Notes under the pieces: model-generated
The model's input: the letters and a program-made list of their open reading frames with translations, nothing else
What the model was told of the DNA's origin: nothing
Database searches by the model: none
Made by a program: the position numbers and the translations under genes
DNA from: Pseudomonadota bacterium
GTDB lineage: Bacteria; Pseudomonadota; Alphaproteobacteria; Rhizobiales; Rhizobiaceae
NCBI GenBank assembly: GCA_040755925.1
Contig: JBFLWR010000430.1
Location: forward strand, 1-60,844
Direction: 5' to 3'
DNA: 60,844 nucleotides
Shown here: positions 19,055 to 28,341 of the stretch, piece after piece
Numbering within the stretch: the stretch's first letter is position 1
How the letters are laid out: each line of letters opens with the position of its first letter

Positions 19055-20062
19055 CTATTCGGCGGCCACGTGTTTGGTGGCGACGGCGTGGCCGTCCTTC
19101 TTGGCGCGGTATTCGCTGTAGGCGGCGATCAGCATGTCCTCGTCGCGATATTGCGGCACCCAGCCGAGCTGACGCTCGGCCTTGGACACGTCGAGCACGC
19201 ATTCCTCATCGGCGATCAGATACTGCTCCGGGTCCATGATCGGCATGTTCACGAGATCGAGCAGGTCGAGCGTGCGCTTGACCGCCCAGCCCGGCGTCGG
19301 GATAAGGATCGATTTCGAACCGGCATGGCGGATCAGGTCGCCGAGCAACTTCCTCACCGGCGGCGGATTGAGCGAGCCGAGATTGTAAGCCTCGTTCGGG
19401 ACGCCTGCCTTCCAGGCCGCGCGCGCGGCCTCTGCGCAATCGAACACCGAGATGAACTGATAGGGATTCCTGCCCGAGCCGATCATCGGCACAGGCAGGT
19501 TCCAGTCGATCAGCTTGAACAGTTTCTCCAGGATGCCGAGACGGCCAGGCCCGATGATCAGGCGTGGCCTGAACAGCGAGATCGACATGCCGCGTTTGCG
19601 CCATTCGGCCGCCAGTTCTTCGGTTTTCTGCTTCGACCAGCCATATTCGCCGAGCGGCGCGACCGGATGCTCCTCGGTCATCGGAAAGGTGACCGTGTGG
19701 CCGTAGATCATGTCGGTCGTATAGTGGACCAGCTTCGGCGTGCCGGCCCTGTCCATGGCCTGCAGGATGTGCTCGGTGCCGTGGAAGTTGACCGGGAAGA
19801 AGAAGTCGTGCCGCTTGGCGCGCACCTGGATCGGCGACAGCATCTTGGCCGACAGGTTGTAGACCATGTCGTCAGACTTCAGGCCAACCGCCGCCACCGA
19901 TGCCGGGTCGGTCACATCGCATTGGACGAAGCGAGCCGAGCGGTAGTGCGGCAGGTCGCTCTTGACGATATCTGCGACCACGACTTCCTCGCCGTCGGCG
20001 ACGAGCTTGGGCGCAAGGTGACGGCCGACGAAACCGTCGCCGCCGAAAATCACATGTCTCAT
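19055..20062 (-). CDS. extended SDR, NAD-dependent epimerase/dehydratase
   Basis: GGDGFVG Rossmann motif; YGWSK catalytic YxxxK; 335 aa. Confidence 0.9.
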   Translation of the reverse strand: MRHVIFGGDGFVGRHLAPKLVADGEEVVVADIVKSDLPHYRSARFVQCDVTDPASVAAVGLKSDDMVYNLSAKMLSPIQVRAKRHDFFFPVNFHGTEHILQAMDRAGTPKLVHYTTDMIYGHTVTFPMTEEHPVAPLGEYGWSKQKTEELAAEWRKRGMSISLFRPRLIIGPGRLGILEKLFKLIDWNLPVPMIGSGRNPYQFISVFDCAEAARAAWKAGVPNEAYNLGSLNPPPVRKLLGDLIRHAGSKSILIPTPGWAVKRTLDLLDLVNMPIMDPEQYLIADEECVLDVSKAERQLGWVPQYRDEDMLIAAYSEYRAKKDGHAVATKHVAAE

Positions 20063-20493
20063 CGAACGATCTCGTTTGCTTGAATTTTGTCGGACGCGAT
20101 GGAAGCGGTCTGCTCCTCATGCCCGCGCCCACTTTGCGCGATCAGGACCGTGCCGACGCAGATGCAGGCGATGCCGGCGATACGCCAGGCATTGAGGTCC
20201 TCGCGGAACAGGAAATAGGCGAAGATCGCGACGGCGACATAAGCGAGGCTGAGAAAAGGATAGGCGAAGCTGAGCTCGACCTTCGACAGCACGTAAAGAT
20301 GCGACGCCATCGAAATGACGAAAGTGCAGAGCCCGAGGAACACCCATGGGCTGAAGACGATCTGGAGCAGCTTCAGCAGCGGGTTGACACCCTCGAAGGA
20401 AATCGGCCCCAGCGACATCATGCCCTGCTTCAGCATCAGCTGCGCAGCGGCATTGGTCATGACCGTGAAAAGGATGAAGACGATGTATTTCAT
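20059..20493 (-). CDS. small DMT/EamA protein, ArnE/ArnF-like lipid-sugar flippase
   Basis: 4 TM helices; AQLMLKQG, VELSFAYPFLSLAYV, LFRE...RIAGI motifs. Confidence 0.8.
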   Translation of the reverse strand: MKYIVFILFTVMTNAAAQLMLKQGMMSLGPISFEGVNPLLKLLQIVFSPWVFLGLCTFVISMASHLYVLSKVELSFAYPFLSLAYVAVAIFAYFLFREDLNAWRIAGIACICVGTVLIAQSGRGHEEQTASIASDKIQANEIVR

Positions 20494-20560
20494 TGTTGCC
20501 ACCCGCCCTTGAGCGGTCCTAATACGAACTCACAAACATTTCGTGAAATCACATGATTAT

Positions 20561-20609
20561 TTTGAGTAAACCTCGATCTTAACGAACCGTTTACCAAGAT
20601 TTACTCAAA
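20561..20609. promoter_or_regulatory. AT-rich internal regulatory region with a 10-bp inverted repeat enclosing a CtrA-like box
   Basis: TTTGAGTAAA (20561-70) and TTTACTCAAA (20600-09); TTAA-N7-TTTAC at 20579-20594. Confidence 0.5.
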
Positions 20610-20615
20610 TTCTAT

Positions 20616-21974
20616 CTATTCTGCGGCCTCCGCGGAGCCTCCTCCTGCATCCGGTGTTTTTGCTGTTCGAGTCCAGAAACTCGACATGAATGCCGGGTCG
20701 CGAAGCGCCTCCAGCCGCGACCACTCCGGGAAGGATGCCGCGAAAGTCCCGGGACCCATCCGGGCATCCTTGTACGGATTGACCGCCCCGCCCGCCTCGA
20801 TAGTGATGCGGTCGAGTTCGGTGAGCAGCTTCAGCGTCCTGTCGCCCCTGTTGGGGAAATCCAAGGTCAGCGTGTAGCCCGGCCTCGGGAACGACAGCAG
20901 CGCCGGCGAGCGGACACCGCCGAAGCGTTTCAGCACGGTCAGGAACGATCCCTGCCCGGCCTGCCGCGCCGCTTCGAGCAGCGCCGGAACGGCACGCCGC
21001 GCCGCTGCCTCCGGCACGACGCTCTGGTGCTGATACAGCCCACGCGGCCCATAAAGGCGGTTCCAGTCGCGGACGCCGTCGAGCGGAAAGAAGAAGCCTT
21101 GATAGCCGGTTTGCCGGGGAGCTGAAGATCGCCCCTTCTTCCGGCGATAGGCCGCGTTGAAGACGGTCAGGAATGGCCGGTTGAGCACGTTGAAGGGCGG
21201 CTGCACGGGAACCGAAAGCCGACTCGAAGCGGGCGCTCCAGCATGTGAGCCACGCTCGGCATGGTTGCCGGTGAACACGAGACCCCGCCCGCTGCCGCGA
21301 CCGCCGGCAAGCTGGTCGATCCAGGCGACGGCATATTCATTGGCCTGGTCCGCCGCCTCCGCCAGATCGAAGAACTCGCCGAGATCGCGAAACCGGGTCG
21401 CCCTCTCGACGATGTCGAGCGAAGGCACGCGCATCAGCCGGATCGAGGCCGACAGGATCAATCCCGTGAGCCCCATGCCGCCGATCGTCGCCCGGAACAG
21501 ATGGACATTGTCGGTCTCCGAACAACGATAAATGCGGCCGTCCGATCTCAACAGGGCAAAGGCCTCGACGTGGCAGCCGAAGGTGCCGCGCCGATGATGG
21601 TTCTTGCCATGGACGTCGTTGGCGATGGCCCCGCCAAGCGTGACGAACTGCGTACCCGGAACCACGGCCGGAAAGAAGCCGTGGGGCGCGGCATGCGCTA
21701 TAATGTCGGACAGCAGCACGCCGGCATCAGCCTCGAGGACGCCAGTCTCCGCATCGAAGCCGCGTATGCGGTTGAGCGGCCGCATGTCGACCACCATGCC
21801 GGCATCGTTCTGGCAACTGTCGCCATAGGAACGGCCATTGCCGTAGCCGAGCAGCGAGCCCGGCTGAGCCGCGCCGCTCTTCAACAGCGCAATGGCATCG
21901 TTGGCAGGAATCGCGCGGCGTGCCGGAGGCGTCGCCAGTCCGAAGCTGCCGAAGCGTTCGCTGCCCACGCTCAC
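20616..21974 (-). CDS. FAD-binding oxidoreductase, DprE1-like (polyprenyl-phosphoryl-ribose 2'-oxidase)
   Basis: GNGRSYGD, VVPGTQFVTLGGAIANDVHGKNHH, GGMGLTG, SFLTVLKRFG, GYTLTLDF, KDAR motifs typical of DprE1. Confidence 0.88.
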   Translation of the reverse strand: MSVGSERFGSFGLATPPARRAIPANDAIALLKSGAAQPGSLLGYGNGRSYGDSCQNDAGMVVDMRPLNRIRGFDAETGVLEADAGVLLSDIIAHAAPHGFFPAVVPGTQFVTLGGAIANDVHGKNHHRRGTFGCHVEAFALLRSDGRIYRCSETDNVHLFRATIGGMGLTGLILSASIRLMRVPSLDIVERATRFRDLGEFFDLAEAADQANEYAVAWIDQLAGGRGSGRGLVFTGNHAERGSHAGAPASSRLSVPVQPPFNVLNRPFLTVFNAAYRRKKGRSSAPRQTGYQGFFFPLDGVRDWNRLYGPRGLYQHQSVVPEAAARRAVPALLEAARQAGQGSFLTVLKRFGGVRSPALLSFPRPGYTLTLDFPNRGDRTLKLLTELDRITIEAGGAVNPYKDARMGPGTFAASFPEWSRLEALRDPAFMSSFWTRTAKTPDAGGGSAEAAE

Positions 21975-23410
21975 CAGCCCCAGCCTCCAGCAACGAGAAG
22001 GACCGCGCCAATGGCGACGACGATCTGGCTGCGCCAGTCGCGGATGATAAAGACGACCGGATCGTCATGCATCTCGTCGCGGCGGGCGAGGATCCAGACG
22101 CGCATCGTCAGATAAAGCACGATCGGCGCCAGCGGCCACATCAACCAGGGATGCGGATAGAGTTCGCGCACCGCCGTGCTGTCCATGTAGAGCGCCAGAA
22201 CCAGCGCCGACGAAAAGGCCGATGCCATGCCCGCCTGCGCGACGATCTCCTGGTCCTCGGTGCGGTAACCGCGACCGGCGATGCGCTCGCCCGGCGGAAT
22301 GGCTGTCGTGCGCAATTCGACGAACCGCTTCACCAGCGCCAGCGACAGGAAGAAGAAGATCGAGAAGGCCAGCAGCCAGAACGAGACGTCGACGCCGGTC
22401 GCGGCCGCGCCCGCCAGCACCCGGATCGTATAGAGGCCGGCGAGCGTGAGCACATCGACCAGAAGCATGCGCTTGAAAGACAAAGAATAGGCGGTTGTGA
22501 CCACGATATAGCCGCCGAGCACGCCAAGGAACTCGATCGGCAGCAGTGATCCGGCGGCGACGCCGATCGCAAGCAGCGTGGCGATGGCGCCAAGGCCGAA
22601 CGGGATCGAAAGCGCGCCGCTGGCGAATGGGCGGTTGCGCTTGGTCGGGTGCTTGCGGTCGAGCGCGAGGTCGAAAAAGTCGTTTACGATGTAGATGGCG
22701 GAAGCCACCGCGCTGAAGGACACGAATGCCAGCAGGCACTCCCAGATCATGCCGACGTTGAAATACTGATGCGAAAGCACCATCGGCACTGCGATCAGCG
22801 AATTCTTCAGCCACTGATGCACACGCAGCATCTTGATGAAGGTCTTCCTGGTCGGCTTCGGCGCCGGCATGGTTTCGGCGCCATGCGCGGCCTGCCAGCG
22901 CGCGGCGCTGCGGTCCGGCGCCACGACAATCGCTTCGCGCGCGGCGTCGAACACAGCGAGGTCATGGCGGCTGTTGCCGGCATAATCGAAACCGCCGTCG
23001 CCATAGGCGGCCACAAGCGAGGCGCGCTTGCGGCCCGAAGTCATGTTGTGCGGGCCGTCCGTCGCCAGCACCCGGTCGAAGATGCCCAGATGCGCGGCGA
23101 CCGCCTCCGCGAACTTGCGCGGCGTGCCCGTGGCCAGCACGATCTTGCGCCCTTCATGATGTTCGGAGCGCAAACGATCGAGCAATTCGGTGCGATAAGG
23201 CAGCGAGGCCGGATCGATGTCGATGCGCGCGGAGATTTGCTGCTTCAGCCGCGCCGGGCCGCCTGCCAGCCAGACCGGGATGAGAAAGAGATAAAGCGGG
23301 TTCTTCTTGAGCAGGATGAACAGGCCTTCCCACAGAAGGTCCGTGGCGATCAGCGTGCCGTCGAGATCGACCGCAAGCGGAATTGCGTTCCTGTCCGACC
23401 GCGCGTCCAT
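21971..23410 (-). CDS. HAD-domain/UbiA-family fusion, polyprenyl-phosphate phosphoribosyltransferase (Rv3806c/NoeC-like)
   Basis: N-terminal DLDGTL HAD motif and YAGNSRHD; RVHQWLKN, YIVNDFFDLALDRKHPTKRNRPFASG, KRFVE, HDDPV motifs. Confidence 0.9.
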   Translation of the reverse strand: MDARSDRNAIPLAVDLDGTLIATDLLWEGLFILLKKNPLYLFLIPVWLAGGPARLKQQISARIDIDPASLPYRTELLDRLRSEHHEGRKIVLATGTPRKFAEAVAAHLGIFDRVLATDGPHNMTSGRKRASLVAAYGDGGFDYAGNSRHDLAVFDAAREAIVVAPDRSAARWQAAHGAETMPAPKPTRKTFIKMLRVHQWLKNSLIAVPMVLSHQYFNVGMIWECLLAFVSFSAVASAIYIVNDFFDLALDRKHPTKRNRPFASGALSIPFGLGAIATLLAIGVAAGSLLPIEFLGVLGGYIVVTTAYSLSFKRMLLVDVLTLAGLYTIRVLAGAAATGVDVSFWLLAFSIFFFLSLALVKRFVELRTTAIPPGERIAGRGYRTEDQEIVAQAGMASAFSSALVLALYMDSTAVRELYPHPWLMWPLAPIVLYLTMRVWILARRDEMHDDPVVFIIRDWRSQIVVAIGAVLLVAGGWGW

Positions 23411-23565
23411 TTTCCTGCCCTGCTCGCCCCCGCGCCATGTTTGGGCGCCTTAGCGTTCCGATATAGCGGGCGATGGCGTAGCGAGCGTTAAAACGCCCGG
23501 TTGTACCGGTGGATAAAGGGGGTATTTCCGGCCTCATCGTTAAGCGGCGGCTACCGGAAACGATA

Positions 23566-23591
23566 AAAGGCCGGACATTCGCCCGGCCTTT
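23566..23591 (-). terminator. terminator of the small exported protein gene
   Basis: AAAGGCCGG-N8-CCGGCCTTT stem. Confidence 0.65.
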
Positions 23592-23610
23592 GTCATTTAT
23601 GGTGCAACGC

Positions 23611-23874
23611 TTACTTGATGCGGGCGACGCCACCCGAGATCTCGACCGTCTCGGAGCCGGTCAGGGCTTCGAGGTCGCCATTTGGCATGGTGACGAAGCA
23701 GCCATTCGGGCAAAACTCCGCCGTCTCGCCGGAAGCGAGCGTCAGTTCGCTCTTGGCGCCGCCTTCGGTCACGATCAGCGTCCGGGTCTGGGCGTCCTTG
23801 TTGATCGCGCTGGCGGCGAAAGCCGAACCGCCCATGGCCAGGAAAGCGGCTGCGGCAACGACAGACTTCCACAT
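23611..23874 (-). CDS. small exported hypothetical protein (87 aa, CPNGC motif)
   Basis: signal peptide MWKSVVAAAAFLAMGGSAFA; high-GC codon use; own terminator. Confidence 0.75.
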   Translation of the reverse strand: MWKSVVAAAAFLAMGGSAFAASAINKDAQTRTLIVTEGGAKSELTLASGETAEFCPNGCFVTMPNGDLEALTGSETVEISGGVARIK

Positions 23875-24031
23875 TGCAATTCCGGTGTTCTCACACCGCC
23901 CCTGTTCAATTTCGCAAGGCATTCTCGCCGTTTGCTGGCAAGCTTATATGAGATGCAAGCTGAACCGCAACTGAATGCCGCATTCATGCCACAATTGGTT
24001 TTGCGGTCGGCGCCAGGGTGTGTCGAAGAGC

Positions 24032-26521
24032 TCAACCCGGATCGGGCTTACGGCTCTTGCGCCTCATCTTTGCGAGCCGCGCACGTTCGGCTCGGGCCTC
24101 AGCCTCCAACCGATCGCGCTCCGCGAACTCGACCTCGCTCTTGTCGTCGTCGATCGGCCAGGCCTCGTGCTTCTTGACCTCGACCACGGCGCGCGGCGTC
24201 GACGGGATCTCGATATGCTCTTCCGCGAACATGTCGAAGATGGCGAAGCGGATATCGTTCTGAACGACGCTGCCGTTCATCACGTCGGCAACGAACACGC
24301 GAATCTCGAATTCCATTGCCGCGAGCCCGAAATTCGCGAAGAGCACGAAGGGCTCTGGATTCTTAAGCACCATCGGATGCGAGCGCGCGATATCGAGCAG
24401 GATGGCGTGGACCCGCCTGACGTCGGTGCCGTAGGCGACGCCGACCTTGACGTCGATACGGCCGAGCTTGTTGCGATGCGTCCAGTTGCCGACCGCGTTG
24501 TTGATCAGGTTCGAATTGGGCAGGATGACCGACTGCCGTTGGAACGTCTCGATCTCCGTCGCTCGCACGCTGATCTTCCTCACCGTGCCGCTGGTGTCGC
24601 CGGCGACGATCCAGTCCCCGACCTTGAACGGACGTTCGGCCAGCAAGATCAGGCCGGAGACGAAATTCGAGACGACGTTCTGCAGGCCGAAGCCGATACC
24701 CAGTGACAGCGCGCCGGCCACCAGCGCCAGATTGGAAAGGTCGATGCCCGCCGCCGAAATACCGACCAGCGCCGCCAGCGCGACACCGGCATAGCCGACA
24801 CCCAGGCGGATCGAGTTCCGCACGCCGGCGTCGACCTTGCCGCGCGCCATCACCGAACCGTCCAGCCAGCCCTGGAACCAGCGTGTCAGGAAATAACCGA
24901 TGACGAAGACGACAATGCCGGTGAGGATACCGAGGAAGGAGATCGTCACCGAGCCGATCTGTACGCCAGTCGCGAGCTTGAGAGCCCAAGCCTCGATGTC
25001 GCCAGGCTGGAACCCCCAACTAAGAAGGATCAGTGGCAGGAACACCAGCACGATCATCAGGTTGATGGCGATACTGACGACCAGGCCGAGCTGATCGAGC
25101 GCGGTGTCCTCGTAACTCGAGTTCTCAGCCAGCCAGCGCCCGACCGAAGTGTCGGCGAAACCGCCCTCCTCGCCGATCGCGCGCGCCGACAGGAACCCGA
25201 TATAGGCGGTGACCAGTATGGTGCCGGTCACAACCACCTGGATCGAGACGAACAGCGCCATGCCGATATAGCCGAGGATCGCCGCTGCGATGGTGAACAG
25301 GCCCAGCCCGATGGCAAGAAAGCGCAGCCATGTCGGCCAGGGCCGCCACGAGCCGTCCTTCGCCCTGAAGGGTCTGAGAAGGCCCATCAGGATCAGGATG
25401 ACGCCGACGGTGATGGTTGCGACGAAGCTCCTGGCGATCGTCAGCGAGAGCGGCGAACCCATCTTCTCGTTGACGACCGAAAGGAAGTAGTTGAAGCCAA
25501 GCACAATGGCCATCGCGGTCGTCAGGCCGACAAGCCAGCGCGCCGGGCCGGTCTCAACCGGGATCAGCCGCCAGTTGGGCAAGCGGGGCTCGAGCGCCGC
25601 ATTGGTCAGCCGGTTCACGCAGAACACCATGCCGATGACCGAGAGCAAGGCGTTGAGGAAGGTGCCGATATCGCCGCGCAACACGCTGTAATAATTGAAG
25701 AAGAAGACGGCCGAAACGAAGAAGGCGCTGAGCGCCGCGGTAGGCAGCAGCGTCGACCAGAACGCCACCGAGAGTCGGCTGAGGTAGGACGGCTCCTCGA
25801 CGCTGGGATCGGCTTCGAAGATGCCGCCGAACAAACGCCTGCCGCCGATCAGAAGCACGGCCGCCAGCGCCAACGCCATCAGTGTCGCGGCAAGGATCGC
25901 CTGGAATTTGAATTTGAAGGCGAAGCTCAGCCACGAGCTCACCGCCATGTAGAGACCCGTGAGCTGATCGTGCGCGTCGGAGAAGGCCTGCGGGCTCAGC
26001 GCGTCGGTCAGTTCATAGTGTTTGGTGAGAAGGCTGCGGAACAGCTCGCTGCGCATTTCCGCTATCTTGTCGACCAGCCCGTTGAGCCGCACCGACAGAT
26101 TCTGTGCGCTGGCGACAACCGCATTGATCTGCGCCTTTTCGGACGAGAGTGCGTCACGCTCGCTGCTGACGATTGCCGGCTCTGCCGGCTGTCCTTGCGC
26201 CGGCGGCGGGCCAAGCACCTCGATGCGGGCGTTGATATCGGTGAGGCGCTGACGGAAAACCAGCGCGCTGTTCAGCGCCGCCCGCGATATATCCTCAAGC
26301 CGCAGACGGATATCCACCAGCCCCGCGTCGTCTAGGTCGGGATCGCTGAGTTTCTTCTCCAAGCCGTCGGTCTTGGTCGTCAGATCCTGGATGACCTTGG
26401 TCTGATCGGCAATGAGTTGGCTCGAGCCATGACCGATCGCCTGCGCCAGCGCGTGAAGAGACGGCTGCGCCAGGACGGCGACCATGACGACCAGGATCAG
26501 GCGAAGCAGTCGAAAGAACAT
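24032..26521 (-). CDS. MscS-family mechanosensitive channel with large periplasmic N-terminus
   Basis: GIGFGLQNVVSNFVSGLILLAERPFKVGDWI and NWT motifs; N-terminal coiled-coil region. Confidence 0.93.
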   Translation of the reverse strand: MFFRLLRLILVVMVAVLAQPSLHALAQAIGHGSSQLIADQTKVIQDLTTKTDGLEKKLSDPDLDDAGLVDIRLRLEDISRAALNSALVFRQRLTDINARIEVLGPPPAQGQPAEPAIVSSERDALSSEKAQINAVVASAQNLSVRLNGLVDKIAEMRSELFRSLLTKHYELTDALSPQAFSDAHDQLTGLYMAVSSWLSFAFKFKFQAILAATLMALALAAVLLIGGRRLFGGIFEADPSVEEPSYLSRLSVAFWSTLLPTAALSAFFVSAVFFFNYYSVLRGDIGTFLNALLSVIGMVFCVNRLTNAALEPRLPNWRLIPVETGPARWLVGLTTAMAIVLGFNYFLSVVNEKMGSPLSLTIARSFVATITVGVILILMGLLRPFRAKDGSWRPWPTWLRFLAIGLGLFTIAAAILGYIGMALFVSIQVVVTGTILVTAYIGFLSARAIGEEGGFADTSVGRWLAENSSYEDTALDQLGLVVSIAINLMIVLVFLPLILLSWGFQPGDIEAWALKLATGVQIGSVTISFLGILTGIVVFVIGYFLTRWFQGWLDGSVMARGKVDAGVRNSIRLGVGYAGVALAALVGISAAGIDLSNLALVAGALSLGIGFGLQNVVSNFVSGLILLAERPFKVGDWIVAGDTSGTVRKISVRATEIETFQRQSVILPNSNLINNAVGNWTHRNKLGRIDVKVGVAYGTDVRRVHAILLDIARSHPMVLKNPEPFVLFANFGLAAMEFEIRVFVADVMNGSVVQNDIRFAIFDMFAEEHIEIPSTPRAVVEVKKHEAWPIDDDKSEVEFAERDRLEAEARAERARLAKMRRKSRKPDPG

Positions 26522-26724
26522 GAGTTTGTTGCGACTCGCGGCCGGAGATGCTCGAAAATCCCGCCCTTGATAAAGACCGCCACAACAGGCGGCAAGCGGT
26601 CCGCTTTGCGGGACAATCCGGCGGATCGGAGTCGGTCTGTCGAAAAGCCATGGCGCAATCTTGGCTTTGCGTTTGAGGCCTGCTCTATAGTCTGCCGCTT
26701 CGCACCAAAAGGACGATGGGAAGA

Positions 26725-27984
26725 ATGGCGGAGTATTCAGCCTTTTCGCTGCTCAAGAACGCGCTGACCGGCAACCAGGACTGGAAGCCGGCATGGCGCA
26801 AGCCGGACCCGAAAGCGTCCTATGACGTGATCGTCATCGGCGGTGGCGGTCATGGCCTCTCGACCGCCTATTATCTCGCCAAGGAACACGGCATCACCAA
26901 TGTCGCGGTGCTGGAAAAGGGCTGGCTCGGCTCCGGCAATGTCGGCCGCAACACCACCGCCGTGCGCTCCAACTACCTTCTGCCGCAGAACACCCGCTTC
27001 TACGAACATTCGATGAAGATGTGGGAGAACCTGTCGCACGACCTCAACTACAACGTGATGTTCTCACAGCGCGGCTGCCTGAACCTCGCGCACACCCCCG
27101 CCCAGCTCGACGATTACGCGCGGCGCGGCAACGCCATGCGCCATCTCGGCGTCGATGCCGAACTGATGAGCGTCGACCAGATCAAAAGACTTGTGCCGGC
27201 GCTCGACGTCTCGGGTTCCGCACGCTTTCCCGTCCTTGGCGGACTGATGCAGCCGCGCGCCGGCACCGCCCGCCACGACGCCGTCGCCTGGGGCTATGCG
27301 CGCGGCGCCGACCGGCGCGGCGTCGATATCATCGAGAATTGCGAAGTCACCGGCTTCCTGCGCGACGGCGACAAGGTGATCGGCGTCACGACGACACGCG
27401 GCGAGATCCGCGCCAAGAAGGTGGCCCTTGCGGTCGCCGGCAGCACCGGTCGCGTCATGCAGCTTGCCGGCATCTCCCACATGCCGATCGAAAGCCATGT
27501 GCTGCAGGCCTTCGTCTCGGAATCGCTGAAGCCGATCGTCGACACCGTGCTCACTTTCGGCATGGGCCACTTCTACATCTCGCAGTCCGACAAGGGCGGC
27601 CTCGTCTATGGTGGCGACCTCGACGGCTATAACAGCTACGCCCAGCGCGGCAGCCTGCCGATCGTCGATGAAGTGATGAGCGAGATGCTGGCGCTGTTCC
27701 CCGGCCTGGCGCGAGTGCGCATGCTGCGCTCCTGGGGTGGCGTCTGCGACATGACGATGGACGGCTCGCCGATCATTGCCACGGGCCCGCTGCCTGGCAT
27801 GTACCTCAACTGCGGCTGGTGCTACGGCGGCTTCAAGGCGACGCCCGCCTCAGGCTGGTGCTTCGCCTGGACCATCGCCAAGGACGAGCCGCACGAGTTC
27901 AACGCGGCCTTCACGCTCGATCGCTTCTATCGCGGCCTCATCATCGACGATAAGGGCCAGGGCGCCAATCCGCGGCTGCACTAG
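26725..27984 (+). CDS. soxB: sarcosine oxidase subunit beta
   Basis: GGGGHGLSTAYYLAKEHGI, GRNTT, RHDAVAWGYAR, GGFKATP. Confidence 0.95.
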   Translation: MAEYSAFSLLKNALTGNQDWKPAWRKPDPKASYDVIVIGGGGHGLSTAYYLAKEHGITNVAVLEKGWLGSGNVGRNTTAVRSNYLLPQNTRFYEHSMKMWENLSHDLNYNVMFSQRGCLNLAHTPAQLDDYARRGNAMRHLGVDAELMSVDQIKRLVPALDVSGSARFPVLGGLMQPRAGTARHDAVAWGYARGADRRGVDIIENCEVTGFLRDGDKVIGVTTTRGEIRAKKVALAVAGSTGRVMQLAGISHMPIESHVLQAFVSESLKPIVDTVLTFGMGHFYISQSDKGGLVYGGDLDGYNSYAQRGSLPIVDEVMSEMLALFPGLARVRMLRSWGGVCDMTMDGSPIIATGPLPGMYLNCGWCYGGFKATPASGWCFAWTIAKDEPHEFNAAFTLDRFYRGLIIDDKGQGANPRLH

Positions 27985-28047
27985 GCCACGACCCCAAAGT
28001 GGAAGCCGGTTGGAAAAGATCGTGATTGAACAAGAAGATATAAGAAA

Positions 28048-28341
28048 ATGCTGATCACTTGCCCCTATTGCGGCCCGCGCGACGTCATAGAATTCACCTA
28101 CCAGGGCGACGGCAACCGCGAGCGACCGCAGCCGGCTTCGCAGGACCTCGACGCTTGGAACGCCTATGTCTACTACCGGCTGAACCCTGCCGGCGACCAC
28201 AACGAGATCTGGCAGCACTCCGGTGGCTGCCGCGCGCATCTGAAGGTCGTGCGCAACACCGTCACCCATGAAATCCTGAGCACCGCCTTCGCCCGTGGCG
28301 GGCACAAGGCCGCAAGCCACCGGACGGAGGGCAAGCCGTGA
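28048..28341 (+). CDS. soxD: sarcosine oxidase subunit delta
   Basis: CPYCGPR...EF.Y.G...WQHSGGC Zn-binding motif. Confidence 0.95.
   Translation: MLITCPYCGPRDVIEFTYQGDGNRERPQPASQDLDAWNAYVYYRLNPAGDHNEIWQHSGGCRAHLKVVRNTVTHEILSTAFARGGHKAASHRTEGKP

Noticed and set aside
15561-23410. Reading the cluster as noeCHOP Nod-factor arabinosylation or hopanoid (hpn) genes
   Set aside because: No nod genes, classical DprE2/NoeO, squalene-hopene cyclase or hpnH/hpnG in the window; the extra aminotransferase, flippase and FkbM do not fit either known set
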